From an uncultured Candidatus Saccharibacteria bacterium (GTDB taxonomy: Bacteria > Patescibacteriota > Minisyncoccia > Phycocordibacterales > Phycocordibacteraceae): DNA of 64,000 nucleotides. Position 1 is the first letter of the stretch; each line of letters opens with the position of its first letter. Below the pieces are notes generated by a model. It ran no database searches, was not told the DNA's origin, and saw nothing but the letters and a program-made list of their open reading frames with translations. Where the stretch lies: positions 279 to 64,278 of the forward strand of contig CAZJPR010000003.1 of assembly GCA_964548265.1 (NCBI GenBank). Direction: 5' to 3'. Of this stretch, positions 7,700 through 17,417 are shown in pieces. A program made the translations under genes and the position numbers.

Positions 7700-8848
7700 A
7701 TGGAGCCCCTCGCCAACCGCATACGGCCGACCTCTCTCGACCAATTTGTCGGCCAGGAACATCTAGTGGGCAAGGACAAGCCGCTTCGAGTCGCTATTGA
7801 GAAGAAGCACCGCTTCTCCTTCATTCTCTGGGGGCCTCCTGGAACTGGAAAGACAACGATTGCCCGCATCTATGCAAAAGCACTTGATGCCGAGCTCTTT
7901 GAACTCTCCGCAGTCTCGGCAGGGAAAGACGATATACGTAAGATTGTTGGAGAAACGTCCCGCGCAGGAAAACTTGCACTTGAGAGACCTAAGGTATTGT
8001 TTCTCGACGAAATCCATCGCTTCAATAAAAGCCAGCAGGATTTCCTCTTGCCCTATGTTGAGAGTGGAGAACTCACCCTCATTGGTGCCACCACCGAGAA
8101 TCCTTCCTTCGAAGTGATTCCTGCGCTCCTTTCTCGCTCCCGAGTGTTTGTACTTGAGCCGCTCTCCGAAGAAGCGCTCAAGGCAATCGTGAAGCGCTCG
8201 AAGGTGAAGGTTCCCAAGGATGCCTTCGACTGGTTACTGGGTTATGCCAACGGGGATGCCCGTAAGGCACTCACCATGCTTGAAGGAGCAGAGACATTGT
8301 ATGGAGAAGTGTCTGTTGAGAACCTCAACAAAGCACTTGAGTCTCCGCACCTTCGCTACGACAAGAAGGGAGATGAGCACTACGACACTATCAGCGCTTT
8401 CATAAAGAGCATGCGAGCAAGCCAACCTGACGCCGCCATGTACTACCTCGCACGTATGGTTGAAGCGGGAGAGGACCCACTCTTCATCGCGCGAAGAATG
8501 GTTATCTTCGCTTCAGAAGATGTGGGACTCGCGCAGCCGACCGCACTTGTAGTTGCGAACTCTGTCTTCCGCGCCTGTGAGGTCATTGGGTATCCGGAGT
8601 GTGCCATCAATCTCGCACACGGAGTGGCGTATCTCGCGAACGCTGCAAAAGACCGCTCAGCCTACGATGCACTTAGGCTCGCTCAAGAAGACACAAAGAA
8701 GTTCGGCAACCTCCCGGTTCCCAAACATATCAAGAACGCCCACACAAAACTGATGAAAGAACTTGGGTACGGCAAGGGATACAGGAAGTACGACACGGAA
8801 AGCTACCTGCCTGAGAAACTGAAGGGGAAGAAATACTTCAATACCTAG
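7700..8848 (+). CDS. rarA: Replication-associated recombination protein A (AAA+ ATPase)
   Basis: [11 protein letters not shown] Walker A, MgsA/RarA C-terminal region; ATG at 7700 chosen ([19 protein letters not shown]). Confidence 0.85.
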   Translation: MEPLANRIRPTSLDQFVGQEHLVGKDKPLRVAIEKKHRFSFILWGPPGTGKTTIARIYAKALDAELFELSAVSAGKDDIRKIVGETSRAGKLALERPKVLFLDEIHRFNKSQQDFLLPYVESGELTLIGATTENPSFEVIPALLSRSRVFVLEPLSEEALKAIVKRSKVKVPKDAFDWLLGYANGDARKALTMLEGAETLYGEVSVENLNKALESPHLRYDKKGDEHYDTISAFIKSMRASQPDAAMYYLARMVEAGEDPLFIARRMVIFASEDVGLAQPTALVVANSVFRACEVIGYPECAINLAHGVAYLANAAKDRSAYDALRLAQEDTKKFGNLPVPKHIKNAHTKLMKELGYGKGYRKYDTESYLPEKLKGKKYFNT

Positions 8849-8953
8849 AAAGATCTCGCACGAGCGGGACTTTTGGTAGTTTTACTTTACTTGACGAATT
8901 CTATAGATAAACCATGATGCGTCTGTACTACTTATCTCATCACGTACCATCTC

Positions 8954-9676
8954 ATGCCCGAAGGAACATTTGACGCAGGCCTCCCACCACAACAAGGATC
9001 AGTAGATCCGTTTTTAGGGGGCACCGTCCCCGAACACGAGCGATCAATCGTAAACGTTGAGGGCCCAGTGCAGACAGAGGTTGCCGCCCACGTGGAACAA
9101 GTGGTAGGCGCGGCCCGTAACGGTATCGCACTTGATCTTGCATCAGTTGATTTCTCAACGGCCTTTAGGGCTCCGGACGCAAGCCACGTCGAGAACGAGC
9201 CTACGGTCAGTGCCCGCCTTGAGGTCCGCGGACTCCCCGAGCGCTTTTCCCAAGCGTTCATTATCGCAAGCACAGTAGATGGTGAGCAGGCACGCATTAT
9301 CTCTCAGAGCTGCGCCGTTCTTAACGAACGCCTTACGCTTTGTGGCGAACCTGTCTTCCGTGTTGGTGCTGACAATAACGGTGAAGTGAGCGGCGCGGTG
9401 TATACCCTCGCACAACTCCTTGAAGCGAACGCGGTAGTGGGCATAAACTGGAACACCCAGGGTGAGCCTGCGGGCTTTGTAGAACTTGGCCGCACCTTCC
9501 AGATTGCAGGCACGGATGTCTCTGTTGAAATGGCTGCTGGCTCCTTTGACTCTGATGAGTACGGACGCTTGTCACTTAAGTGGGCGAGAGACAATGGTAT
9601 TGATGTCAGCATGCAGGTCTTCATCCCTGAGAACGGAGAGGCACAGCCCTCTATCACTGTTTCCCGACGCTTCTAG
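8954..9676 (+). CDS. Hypothetical protein
   Basis: 240-aa ORF; no recognised motifs; antisense ORFs look compositionally spurious. Confidence 0.4.
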   Translation: MPEGTFDAGLPPQQGSVDPFLGGTVPEHERSIVNVEGPVQTEVAAHVEQVVGAARNGIALDLASVDFSTAFRAPDASHVENEPTVSARLEVRGLPERFSQAFIIASTVDGEQARIISQSCAVLNERLTLCGEPVFRVGADNNGEVSGAVYTLAQLLEANAVVGINWNTQGEPAGFVELGRTFQIAGTDVSVEMAAGSFDSDEYGRLSLKWARDNGIDVSMQVFIPENGEAQPSITVSRRF

Positions 9677-9691
9677 GGTGTAGCGGGTGCG

Positions 9692-9722
9692 AAAAAAGCC
9701 CCGGGAGACCGGGGCTTTTTCT
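9692..9722. terminator. Bidirectional rho-independent terminator between convergent genes
   Basis: AAAAAA-GCCCCGG-gaga-CCGGGGC-TTTTT. Confidence 0.75.
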
Positions 9723-9734
9723 GTAAGAAGACTC

Positions 9735-10007
9735 TTACTTAACTGCGTCCTTAAGCGCCTTTGCGGGGCGGAACTTAGGGGTGCGAGTAGCTGCAATGCG
9801 GATGGTCTCGCCAGTGCGAGGGTTCCTTCCAGTGCGTGCTGGGCGTGCCTTCGCCACGAAGATGCCGAGTCCTGCAATAGATACCTCGTCCCCGCTCTTT
9901 ACGCCCTTAATGATGCAGTCGATGAGGGTCTCAACGGCGCGCTCCGCGTCAGCCTTGGTGCCGCCGAGAGTGTCCTGAACTTTTGAAACGATGTCTGCCT
10001 TGTTCAT
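9735..10007 (-). CDS. hup: HU/IHF-family DNA-binding protein
   Basis: MNKADIVSKV..., conserved GFGxF arm, RNPRTGE; 90 aa from ATG at 10007. Confidence 0.85.
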   Translation of the reverse strand: MNKADIVSKVQDTLGGTKADAERAVETLIDCIIKGVKSGDEVSIAGLGIFVAKARPARTGRNPRTGETIRIAATRTPKFRPAKALKDAVK

Positions 10008-10107
10008 GATGCTCTTGGTTATTCCTAATCCCGCGGCCACCGATTAGGCAGGGGGTATGTAGAAAGTATAAGAAATACGCCACGGTACGCAATAGGGCTA
10101 TCTAACA

Positions 10108-10138
10108 ACAAAAAATCCCTCACTAGAGGGATTTTTAT
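10108..10138 (-). terminator. Rho-independent terminator downstream of rny (minus strand)
   Basis: ATCCCTC-acta-GAGGGAT flanked by A-run/T-run. Confidence 0.65.
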
Positions 10139-10156
10139 AATCTGTGTCAAGAGTGC

Positions 10157-11686
10157 TTAGCGCGCAAACTCAACGACGCGGTTCTCGCGAATGATGTTTA
10201 CCTTGATTTCGCCCGGGTACTTGAGCTCACTCTGCACGCGCTCTGCAATATCACGCGCAAGGCGGTGCATGGCGAGGTCAGAGACCTTTCCGGGGTTCAC
10301 AAAGATGCGGATTTCACGCCCAGCCTGCACTGCATAGCTCTTCTCAACACCAGGGAAGGTGCTGGCGATGCGCTCGAGGTCGGTAAGACGCTCAAGATAG
10401 CGCTCTACCGTGTCGCGACGAGCTCCTGGGCGACCGCCTGAGACTGCGTCAGCTACCTGCACGATGATGGACTCTGGTGTCTCGTACGGATACTCTTCGT
10501 GATGCGACTGCATTGCCTGAATGACCTTCTTATCGACACCGAACTTCTCAAGCAAGCGGCGACCAATTTCCACATGCGTGCCCTGCACTTCGTGGTCCAC
10601 TGCCTTCCCGATGTCATGCAGAAGCGCGCCTGCGCGTGCCACATCAGCATCTGCGCCAAGCTCCGTCGCAAGCATGCCAGCCAAGTGCGCCATCTCAATT
10701 GAGTGCTGGAGTACATTCTGACCGTAGCTTGTGCGGAAGTTAAGACGCCCAAGAAGGGTAGTGAGTCGGGGGTCGAGACCAAGCACACCGACCTCGTACG
10801 CCGCCTGTTCGCCCTTCTGCTTCACAATCTCCGCCACTTCTTGCTTAGCCTTCTCTACCATTTCCTCAATCTTTGCAGGCTGTATGCGACCGTCTTCGAT
10901 AAGGCGCTCAAGTGCAATCTTTGCGATATGGCGGCGAAGTGGGTCAAAGGAGGAAAGCGTAATCTTGTCCGGTGCATCGTCGATAATGACGTCCACCCCC
11001 GTAGCGCGCTCAAACGCCTTGATGTTGCGGCCTTCCTTGCCGATGACCTTTCCTTTTATCTCCTCGGAGGCAATCGGTACCGAAAGCGTCATGACTTCAG
11101 CATTCACCGCGTTCCCCATACGGTGGATGGCGGTGAGAAGCATCGTACGTGCCTTCTCCTCAAGCTGCTCGCGCCCATGTGCCTCAAGCTTCTGCAGGCG
11201 GGAGAGGAAGGATTCCTGACTCGTCTCCTCAAGATCTTTCATGAGCATCTCGCGTGCCTGCTTCTCCGAGAGGTGAGAGAGCTGGAGCAACTCTGAGCGA
11301 CGCTCCTTAAGAAGCGCATCTGCTTCGCGCTTGGTATTTACTGCTTCGTTCTCGCGCGCTCGTACCTTGTCCTCGTCATCAGAGAGTCCGCGTTCTCGTT
11401 CGTCGAGGAATTCCTCGCGCTTTCCAAGACGCTCTTCCTTCTCTGCGAGCTTCTCGTCGCGCTCTTCAAGTGGGGCAAGGCGCTCCTCTTCGACTTCACG
11501 TGCTCGGTCCTCCGCCTCTTCAAGCACGCGTGCAGCGCGCTCACGCGCCTCGATCATCTTCTGCTTAATCTCCAACTCCAAAGACCCCCGCTGGGAGAGG
11601 GTGATGAGCCACCGAAGGACATAGCCAAGCGCAATGCCGGCAAGCCCTGAGAGGGCGAGAAGACCAAGAACAAGTTTGATGGACAT
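10157..11686 (-). CDS. rny: Ribonuclease Y (N-terminal TM, KH and HD domains)
   Basis: N-terminal TM helix, coiled-coil, KH (GKEGRNIK), HD motif (LLHDIGK). Confidence 0.9.
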   Translation of the reverse strand: MSIKLVLGLLALSGLAGIALGYVLRWLITLSQRGSLELEIKQKMIEARERAARVLEEAEDRAREVEEERLAPLEERDEKLAEKEERLGKREEFLDERERGLSDDEDKVRARENEAVNTKREADALLKERRSELLQLSHLSEKQAREMLMKDLEETSQESFLSRLQKLEAHGREQLEEKARTMLLTAIHRMGNAVNAEVMTLSVPIASEEIKGKVIGKEGRNIKAFERATGVDVIIDDAPDKITLSSFDPLRRHIAKIALERLIEDGRIQPAKIEEMVEKAKQEVAEIVKQKGEQAAYEVGVLGLDPRLTTLLGRLNFRTSYGQNVLQHSIEMAHLAGMLATELGADADVARAGALLHDIGKAVDHEVQGTHVEIGRRLLEKFGVDKKVIQAMQSHHEEYPYETPESIIVQVADAVSGGRPGARRDTVERYLERLTDLERIASTFPGVEKSYAVQAGREIRIFVNPGKVSDLAMHRLARDIAERVQSELKYPGEIKVNIIRENRVVEFAR

Positions 11687-11856
11687 AGGCGGGAGTTAGC
11701 CGCCTTCCGGTACCCTACCAACTACACAGAACTGCGCACGTTTCAGAGGTTTGAGTCATGTTCGGGATCGGAAGGCAGAGGATCAGCGTGGATAAGCGTT
11801 CAGTCGTTACTGGGTTCGTTATTGTGCCACAAATCAGCCCCAGGGGACAGGTTGGC

Positions 11857-12195
11857 CTAATCGACGTCGTCAGAGGTAAGAGAAGTGCGGGTGCCTATCT
11901 TCTCGGCCAGGCGTGGGTCAACGGACGCCTTGAAAATCTTCATGGCGTCCCGGTCATTGTAGAAAACGCCGCCAATGACAAAACCGAGCTGACTCTCAAA
12001 GACTGCACGCTTGAACGCGTCTCCACTGATATCGAGTTCTGACGCCATTGCCCGGTATGCCGCGTCGTGATACGGACCGATGTAGTGCTTCCCTTCGTGT
12101 AGTATTGCTGGCGTGTAATTCTTCTTGGTCGGCTCACGAGGTCCGAGAGGCAAGGGAGGAGTGCTCTCTGGGCTCGATCGTTCTCCCTCGGACAT
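11857..12195 (-). CDS. Hypothetical protein (immediately downstream of clpP, same strand)
   Basis: 112 aa; 4-bp spacing to clpP stop; competes with the + ORF 11758-12042; strand context favours the minus one. Confidence 0.35.
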   Translation of the reverse strand: MSEGERSSPESTPPLPLGPREPTKKNYTPAILHEGKHYIGPYHDAAYRAMASELDISGDAFKRAVFESQLGFVIGGVFYNDRDAMKIFKASVDPRLAEKIGTRTSLTSDDVD

Positions 12196-12199
12196 ATGA

Positions 12200-12802
12200 T
12201 TACTTGCTCTTGAACACCGTATCCACGAGCCCGTATTTCTTGGCTTCGTCTGCGGTCATGAAGTAGTCGCGTTCAACATCGCGCTCAATCTTTGCGAGTT
12301 CCTGTCCGGTCGACTTCGCAAGAATCTTGTTGAGACGGTCGCGAGTAGCGAGGATGTGCTTGGCCGTAATCTCAATGTCGGTGGCCTGACCCTGCGCGCC
12401 TCCCCATGGCTGGTGAATCATCACTTCAGAGTTTGGAAGCGCGTAGCGCTTGCCCTTCTCACCAGCAGCGAGGATGACGGCGGCGGCACTTGCTGCCATG
12501 CCCACACACACGGTGGAGACTGCTGGCTTCACATGGTTCATCGTGTCGAGAATAGCGAGACCTGCCGTTACCGAGCCACCTGGGGAGTTGATGTAGAAAG
12601 AGATGTCCTTCTTCGGGTCCTCAGACTCAAGGAAGAGCAACTGTGCGATGACGAGGTTTGCGGTGTCGTCATCAATACCACCACCGAGGAAGATGATGCG
12701 GTCCTTGAGAAGACGTGAATAGATATCGTACGCACGTTCACCAAACGATGACTTCTCGACGACCATCGGGATAAGCATTGAAGAGCGAGGTTTCATGTCC
12801 AT
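12200..12802 (-). CDS. clpP: ATP-dependent Clp protease proteolytic subunit
   Basis: GMAASAAA (Ser) and MIHQP (His) catalytic motifs; typical ~200 aa. Confidence 0.9.
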   Translation of the reverse strand: MDMKPRSSMLIPMVVEKSSFGERAYDIYSRLLKDRIIFLGGGIDDDTANLVIAQLLFLESEDPKKDISFYINSPGGSVTAGLAILDTMNHVKPAVSTVCVGMAASAAAVILAAGEKGKRYALPNSEVMIHQPWGGAQGQATDIEITAKHILATRDRLNKILAKSTGQELAKIERDVERDYFMTADEAKKYGLVDTVFKSK

Positions 12803-12822
12803 AGTCTGATGATAGTACCAAA

Positions 12823-12856
12823 GAAAAAGCCCCGGGCAAAACCCGGGGCTTTTTGC
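12823..12856. terminator. Bidirectional rho-independent terminator
   Basis: AAAAA-GCCCCGGG-caaaa-CCCGGGGC-TTTTT. Confidence 0.7.
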
Positions 12857-12865
12857 ACGAACGTG

Positions 12866-13156
12866 TTACTCCTCAAATGAAGCGTCGAGCTCGGTAAACG
12901 CCTTATCAAGCTCTGCATCAAACTCTTCAGAGGACTGCGCCTCGAGGTCTGCCTCAATTGCCGCAGGGTCCGTGGACTCGTCCTGAGTCTCAAGCGACTC
13001 AACAACCGCTTGCTCATTAAGTGGTGCATTCATGCGGTTCTGCCACGTGTAGAAAGCCCCAGCGACGATAAGCGCAACAATAAGCACGAGCACAACGATG
13101 GCTCCTGTAGAGGAAGCAGGGCGGATGGTCTGTTCGGTGGTCTGTGTTGGTTCCAT
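12866..13156 (-). CDS. Small single-TM membrane protein with acidic C-terminal tail
   Basis: TM helix AIVVLVLIVALIVAGAFYTWQNR; paralogous to 13977-14165 (GAFYTWGQR). Confidence 0.5.
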   Translation of the reverse strand: MEPTQTTEQTIRPASSTGAIVVLVLIVALIVAGAFYTWQNRMNAPLNEQAVVESLETQDESTDPAAIEADLEAQSSEEFDAELDKAFTELDASFEE

Positions 13157-13166
13157 GGTAGTTCTA

Positions 13167-13916
13167 TTATTCGCTTACTGCTTCTTCCTCTACGTCCCGG
13201 TTCGGGAGAGCCTGCGCGGCTTCTCGCAGCGCCTCGTGTGCTGCACGGAGCGCTTCCTTGGCAGCGTTACCTAGCTCCTTCGCTTCCCGCAGAGCTTCGC
13301 GAGGAGTCTCAGACGCAAGTGCCGCTTCAATGGCAGCCTTCACTGCATCCACTGCGTCAGCGGCGTTTTCGATAGCTGCTTCAGCTTCATCAAGTTCCGC
13401 CTGCGCCGCGCTCGCGTCGATACCTTCACCCTCGAGGAAGTCGATTCTTCCCTGGATGCGATCAGCAATGCCTGCAAGACGAGTGAGCATGGCATCAAGC
13501 AGGCGGGCGGCGTATCCTGCGCGCTCAATAACACGCTCCTTTATATGCTCAGCTATCTCAGTCTTCCGGAGCGCAGTCGAGGATGCAAACTCTGTGCGGC
13601 GTTCCATGATGCGGTCCTTGAGTGCTTCACGCCTCGCTTCAGTAGTTGATGCAAACTCGGCGCGTCGCTCTTTACCCGCCTCCTTCCAATCATCGACTGC
13701 CTCCTTCCGTCCCTCGCGCGCTTCAAGAAGATGCTCCTTTGCTTCTTCTCCTGCTGCCTTCCAGCGTTCGGTGTTCTCTGGACGCATGTCCTTCCCGTCA
13801 GGGAAGAAGAGGGTAGGCAAAGGACGCTCAGGACGAGGTGGCGGTGCGTTCTCCTCGGCCGAAACCGGAAGAGCGAAGGTCATGAGAAGCGCAATAAGAA
13901 CGGCGAGCTGTTTCAT
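13167..13916 (-). CDS. Secreted, highly charged alpha-helical protein (signal peptide)
   Basis: MKQLAVLIALLMTFALPVSA signal; the rest is E/K/R/A-rich; the antisense S/A/R-rich ORF was rejected. Confidence 0.5.
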   Translation of the reverse strand: MKQLAVLIALLMTFALPVSAEENAPPPRPERPLPTLFFPDGKDMRPENTERWKAAGEEAKEHLLEAREGRKEAVDDWKEAGKERRAEFASTTEARREALKDRIMERRTEFASSTALRKTEIAEHIKERVIERAGYAARLLDAMLTRLAGIADRIQGRIDFLEGEGIDASAAQAELDEAEAAIENAADAVDAVKAAIEAALASETPREALREAKELGNAAKEALRAAHEALREAAQALPNRDVEEEAVSE

Positions 13917-13976
13917 GCAGCGTATGCGTAAACTGGTATACCGAAAGTATACCCCACCCTCCTTGTCTTCCGTGTA

Positions 13977-14165
13977 CTACTCAGGGAGTTCGGTAGGAGG
14001 GAGTTCGCGGTCCTCAGCAACGCGCTGGCCCCAGGTGTAGAAAGCCCCAATGACGATAATGACCACAATAATAAGGAGTGTGATGAGGGTGCCCATCGAC
14101 GACTTTTCTTTAGACGTAGCTGGTGTGGCTACAGGGTTCGAGAGTTCGGTCGTCGGAGTATCCAT
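13977..14165 (-). CDS. Small single-TM membrane protein (paralog of 12866-13156)
   Basis: ATG at 14165 (MDTPTTELS...); TM LITLLIIVVIIVIGAFYTWGQR. Confidence 0.45.
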   Translation of the reverse strand: MDTPTTELSNPVATPATSKEKSSMGTLITLLIIVVIIVIGAFYTWGQRVAEDRELPPTELPE

Positions 14166-14214
14166 AGGGTATGAAACGATTATATAACCCCAGACGTTGA
14201 AGGAACAATGAAGA

Positions 14215-14715
14215 TTACCGGTTTTCAGGCAAGATAAAGCGTTCATTGCACTTTACAGGCACAAACCGGACCCCGAGATTTCCGGCAAACTCTCGATCAG
14301 AGTCCCGGTCTCCAAACATAAGCGATGAGGAGAGATCGATGTCAGCGGTAAGAAAAGGCGCGAGACCTCCAATTTTTGGCTTACGACACTCACATCCATC
14401 GTCGGGTCCATGCGGGCACGCCATCACAAAGGCAAAGCGTACGCCTTCCTTTTCTAGTTCTCCGATCATGCGTTCCATCACCGCATCAAAGATTCCTTGC
14501 GGGTGCCGCGACGTCCCAAGATACGTTTGGTTAGTGACGAGCACCAACTCATACCCTTCACCTGTAAGTGTCTTTAGTCCTTCAATTGCTCCTTCCATGA
14601 AACGAACCTCGTCCGCGCTTTTGAGCGGAAAAGTTTCGCGCGGGTCAATGCCTTCCGGACGCTCTGGTTCCAAAATGAGGGTTCCGTCTCTATCGACAAA
14701 GGCGACTTTACGCAT
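14215..14715 (-). CDS. gmhB: HAD-IIIA phosphatase (D,D-heptose-1,7-bisphosphate/histidinol-phosphate phosphatase-like)
   Basis: FVDRDGTL motif I and the second Asp-containing motif; ATG at 14715 overlaps upstream stop (ATGCGTAA). Confidence 0.65.
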   Translation of the reverse strand: MRKVAFVDRDGTLILEPERPEGIDPRETFPLKSADEVRFMEGAIEGLKTLTGEGYELVLVTNQTYLGTSRHPQGIFDAVMERMIGELEKEGVRFAFVMACPHGPDDGCECRKPKIGGLAPFLTADIDLSSSLMFGDRDSDREFAGNLGVRFVPVKCNERFILPENR

Positions 14716-15283
14716 TCTTAAAGTTTCCTGAGAGGAACCTAAGCAACACAAGTGCACTACGCTCTTCCTTAATAGAGCCATCAAGACACATACGTTTCAC
14801 TAGCTCCCGGTCCATAAACTCAACACTTATGTCTTCTGCTTCTTCAACGGTGCGCTCAGCGTCCACACTCGCGCGCTCAAGCGACGCTGCCTCTCGGGCT
14901 ACAAAATAGAAGAGGTCCCATTCCACGGTAGTGCCGCAGACTGATTTGTAGAGGAACGAAGCGTCCTTCACCTCAACATACGCTTCTTCGCGTGCTTCCT
15001 TTATCGCCGCTTTCTTAGCGGCCTCCACCATGTCGGATCCACTGGTGAGTGCATCCGTGTACTCAGTGAGCGTATCAAACACCTTTCCTCCTGGAAGGCG
15101 ATAGTCATAGCCGCCCTGCTCGTGGCGTTCTTCCTTCGTGATGAGGATAGAATCTCCACGGGCAACAATAAGACGTACACCCGGAGAGCGCCGCGCTTTC
15201 TCGAACACCAATTGCTTTCCTGCCTGCGTAACGTCGAACTCCACTACCTCAACAATCTTTCCTTTGTACTTGCTCGTCTCCAT
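14708..15283 (-). CDS. NUDIX hydrolase
   Basis: Nudix box-like GGKV...AAIKEAREEAYV. Confidence 0.65.
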   Translation of the reverse strand: METSKYKGKIVEVVEFDVTQAGKQLVFEKARRSPGVRLIVARGDSILITKEERHEQGGYDYRLPGGKVFDTLTEYTDALTSGSDMVEAAKKAAIKEAREEAYVEVKDASFLYKSVCGTTVEWDLFYFVAREAASLERASVDAERTVEEAEDISVEFMDRELVKRMCLDGSIKEERSALVLLRFLSGNFKNA

Positions 15284-15825
15284 TACTTAATCTCTGCTTT
15301 CTTCTCCTCGTAGAGTTTGCAGGCCTTCTCGAACGCAGCCTGTGCCTCAGCCTTCCCCTTAAAGCCGTTGATGACTACCTGGTGCTGCCCCTTCTCTCCC
15401 TTGAGTTCCTTGTACGTCTCGAAGAAGTGCTGAATCTCCTTAAGTGTGTGCTTGTTGATATCTTTGAGGTCCTGCACATCATCCCAACGCTTATCGTGGA
15501 CGGGCACGCCGATGACTTTGTAATCGTTCTCACCGCAATCCATCATCTCCATGAGTGCAACCGGGCGAACGTTCACGAGAATGCCTGAGGGGACTGGGAA
15601 GGTAGCGAGCACCACGACATCAAGAGCGTCTCCATCGTCCCAGTAGGTCTGGGGGACAAAGCCGTATTCACATGGGTAAGCGGCCGCAGAGTAGTTAGCG
15701 CGGTCGAGCTTAATCATGCCGGTTGCCTTATCAATCTCGTACTTGTTTGGGGAACCCTTTGGGACCTCGATGATAACGTTAATCTCATCCTTGGTGCCTG
15801 CGGGAATGTCGTGCCAGAGGTTCAT
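15283..15825 (-). CDS. ppa: Inorganic pyrophosphatase (family I)
   Basis: Family-I PPase fold and conserved acidic residues (EIPKGS..KYE.D, DGDP.D); 180 aa. Confidence 0.9.
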   Translation of the reverse strand: MNLWHDIPAGTKDEINVIIEVPKGSPNKYEIDKATGMIKLDRANYSAAAYPCEYGFVPQTYWDDGDALDVVVLATFPVPSGILVNVRPVALMEMMDCGENDYKVIGVPVHDKRWDDVQDLKDINKHTLKEIQHFFETYKELKGEKGQHQVVINGFKGKAEAQAAFEKACKLYEEKKAEIK

Positions 15826-15854
15826 TGGGCGAACTATACTACAACGCCCGCTAA

Positions 15855-15886
15855 CAAAAAAGCGCCCCGGTCGGGGCGCTTTTTCT
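15855..15886. terminator. Bidirectional rho-independent terminator downstream of nusA
   Basis: AAAAAA-GCGCCCCG-gtc-GGGGCGC-TTTTT. Confidence 0.75.
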
Positions 15887-15899
15887 CAACTGCGTTTCC

Positions 15900-17252
15900 T
15901 TACGCCTCGTCGCGAGATTCTTTCGTGTCGACAACCGACTCGTTCTCGCCGTTAACCGCAAGCTCTTCCTCGGCAGGGAGAACCGTGTCTGCTTCTTTCC
16001 CCTCAACGACAATTTCTGCCGGAGCTTCGGTTGGTGCAAGTCCAGCCTCAACTGCAGGCTCTTCAGTCTTCTCAGAGATTGAGACACCTTCGCCGTCGCT
16101 CTCTGCAACGTTCTCGCCGCCGACCGACTTGATGTCGATGTTCCAACCCGTGAGCTTTGCTGCGAGACGTACGTTTTGTCCGCCGCGACCAATAGCAAGA
16201 GACTGCTGATCCTCAGAGACCGTCACTGTTGCACGGTGATCGTCCTCAGAGAGCTCAACATCAAGCACAGAAGCGGGGGAAAGTGCTTCCTTGATGAAGG
16301 ACTTCTGGTCGTCGCTCCACTCAATGATGTCGATACGCTCGCCACCGAGCTCGCTCATAACAGTCGAGACACGCACACCACGCTGACCAACGAGAGAACC
16401 AACTGGGTCCACATGTGGATCAGTCGAAGCAATGGAAATCTTCGTGCGACTTCCAGGCTCACGTGCAATTGCCTTCACTTCAATCGCGCCACTTGCGAGC
16501 TCCGGTGCCTCAAGCTCAAAGAGCTTCACCAAGAACTTCGGGTGCGAGCGGGAAAGGCGGAGGTAGACGCCACGGAATCCTTCATCCACTGCGTGGAGGT
16601 ACGCACGGATGCGCTCTCCTGGGCGATAGCGCTCGCCAGGAATCTGCTCCTCGTACGGGATGAGTCCCGTTGCGCGACCGAGGTCGACGTAGAGTGCGCC
16701 GCGCTCGACCCTCTGCACGATACCGGAAACAATCTCGCCCTTCTTGTGACCAAACTCGTCGAGGATAGAGAGCTTCTCTGCCTCGCGAATCTTCTGAATC
16801 ACCACCTGCTTAGCCGTCTGGGCTGCAATGCGACCGAAGTCGTCCTGCGGCTCAAGAGGGAAGATGAGCTCTTCAGCAAGCTCAACACCCTTCTTCACGA
16901 GACGCGCAGTATCAAGGAGAATATGCTTCTCCTCGTCGTAGCGAGGGAGCTCGCCCTCGGCAAGTCCTTCGTTCTCGCTCTGCCAACCACCACGGTGCGG
17001 CTGCTCGACTTCCTCTTCGCCTTCCTCCGGGAAGCGGACCAAAGTGTCGTCGACAACCGTCTTTACCTGTTCAAAAGAAACTGTGCCCGTATTCATATCA
17101 AGCTTTGCACGGACAACCTGTCCGCGCTTGCCGTATTCCTTCTTGTACGCAGTTGCCATCGCGGCCTCGATAGCCTCGATCATGGTCTCCTTCGCTATGC
17201 CCCTATTCTCGAATTCAGTGAGAACGGTTTGTATTGTTTTTAGATCCAACAT
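15900..17252 (-). CDS. nusA: Transcription termination/antitermination factor NusA
   Basis: NusA N-domain, S1 and two KH domains; acidic C-terminal tail; ATG at 17252 (MLDLKTIQ...); track ORF starts at an upstream TTG. Confidence 0.85.
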   Translation of the reverse strand: MLDLKTIQTVLTEFENRGIAKETMIEAIEAAMATAYKKEYGKRGQVVRAKLDMNTGTVSFEQVKTVVDDTLVRFPEEGEEEVEQPHRGGWQSENEGLAEGELPRYDEEKHILLDTARLVKKGVELAEELIFPLEPQDDFGRIAAQTAKQVVIQKIREAEKLSILDEFGHKKGEIVSGIVQRVERGALYVDLGRATGLIPYEEQIPGERYRPGERIRAYLHAVDEGFRGVYLRLSRSHPKFLVKLFELEAPELASGAIEVKAIAREPGSRTKISIASTDPHVDPVGSLVGQRGVRVSTVMSELGGERIDIIEWSDDQKSFIKEALSPASVLDVELSEDDHRATVTVSEDQQSLAIGRGGQNVRLAAKLTGWNIDIKSVGGENVAESDGEGVSISEKTEEPAVEAGLAPTEAPAEIVVEGKEADTVLPAEEELAVNGENESVVDTKESRDEA

Positions 17253-17417
17253 ACCTTCTATATTTAGTTGTCGCCCTTTCTCTAAAAAGAAATGCCCGCA
17301 CAGCGGACATTCGATACCATATATATACCAGGATTCAGGGGAAAGGCAAGTCAAGCAGCTTCTTTTCCCCTCAGTAAGTAACTACGCCGTGTATTCACGC
17401 TATACTCTTCTATAGTT

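Noticed and set aside
8849-8953. Promoter-like TTGACG / TATAGA upstream of ORF 8954
   Set aside because: Spacing between hexamers is too short (5-8 nt) for a sigma70 promoter; no convincing alternative.
11758-12042. 94-aa plus-strand ORF between rny and clpP
   Set aside because: Overlaps the minus-strand 112-aa ORF, which is spaced 4 bp from the clpP stop on the same strand. Only one can be real, strand context favours the minus ORF, and confidence in either is low.
13258-14040. 260-aa Ser/Ala/Arg-rich plus-strand ORF
   Set aside because: Low-complexity antisense of the minus-strand secreted protein gene, which has a proper signal peptide. Neighbouring genes are all minus-strand.
16176-17243. 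355-aa ORF antisense to nusA
   Set aside because: Fully contained within the well-supported nusA gene on the other strand; no recognisable motifs.
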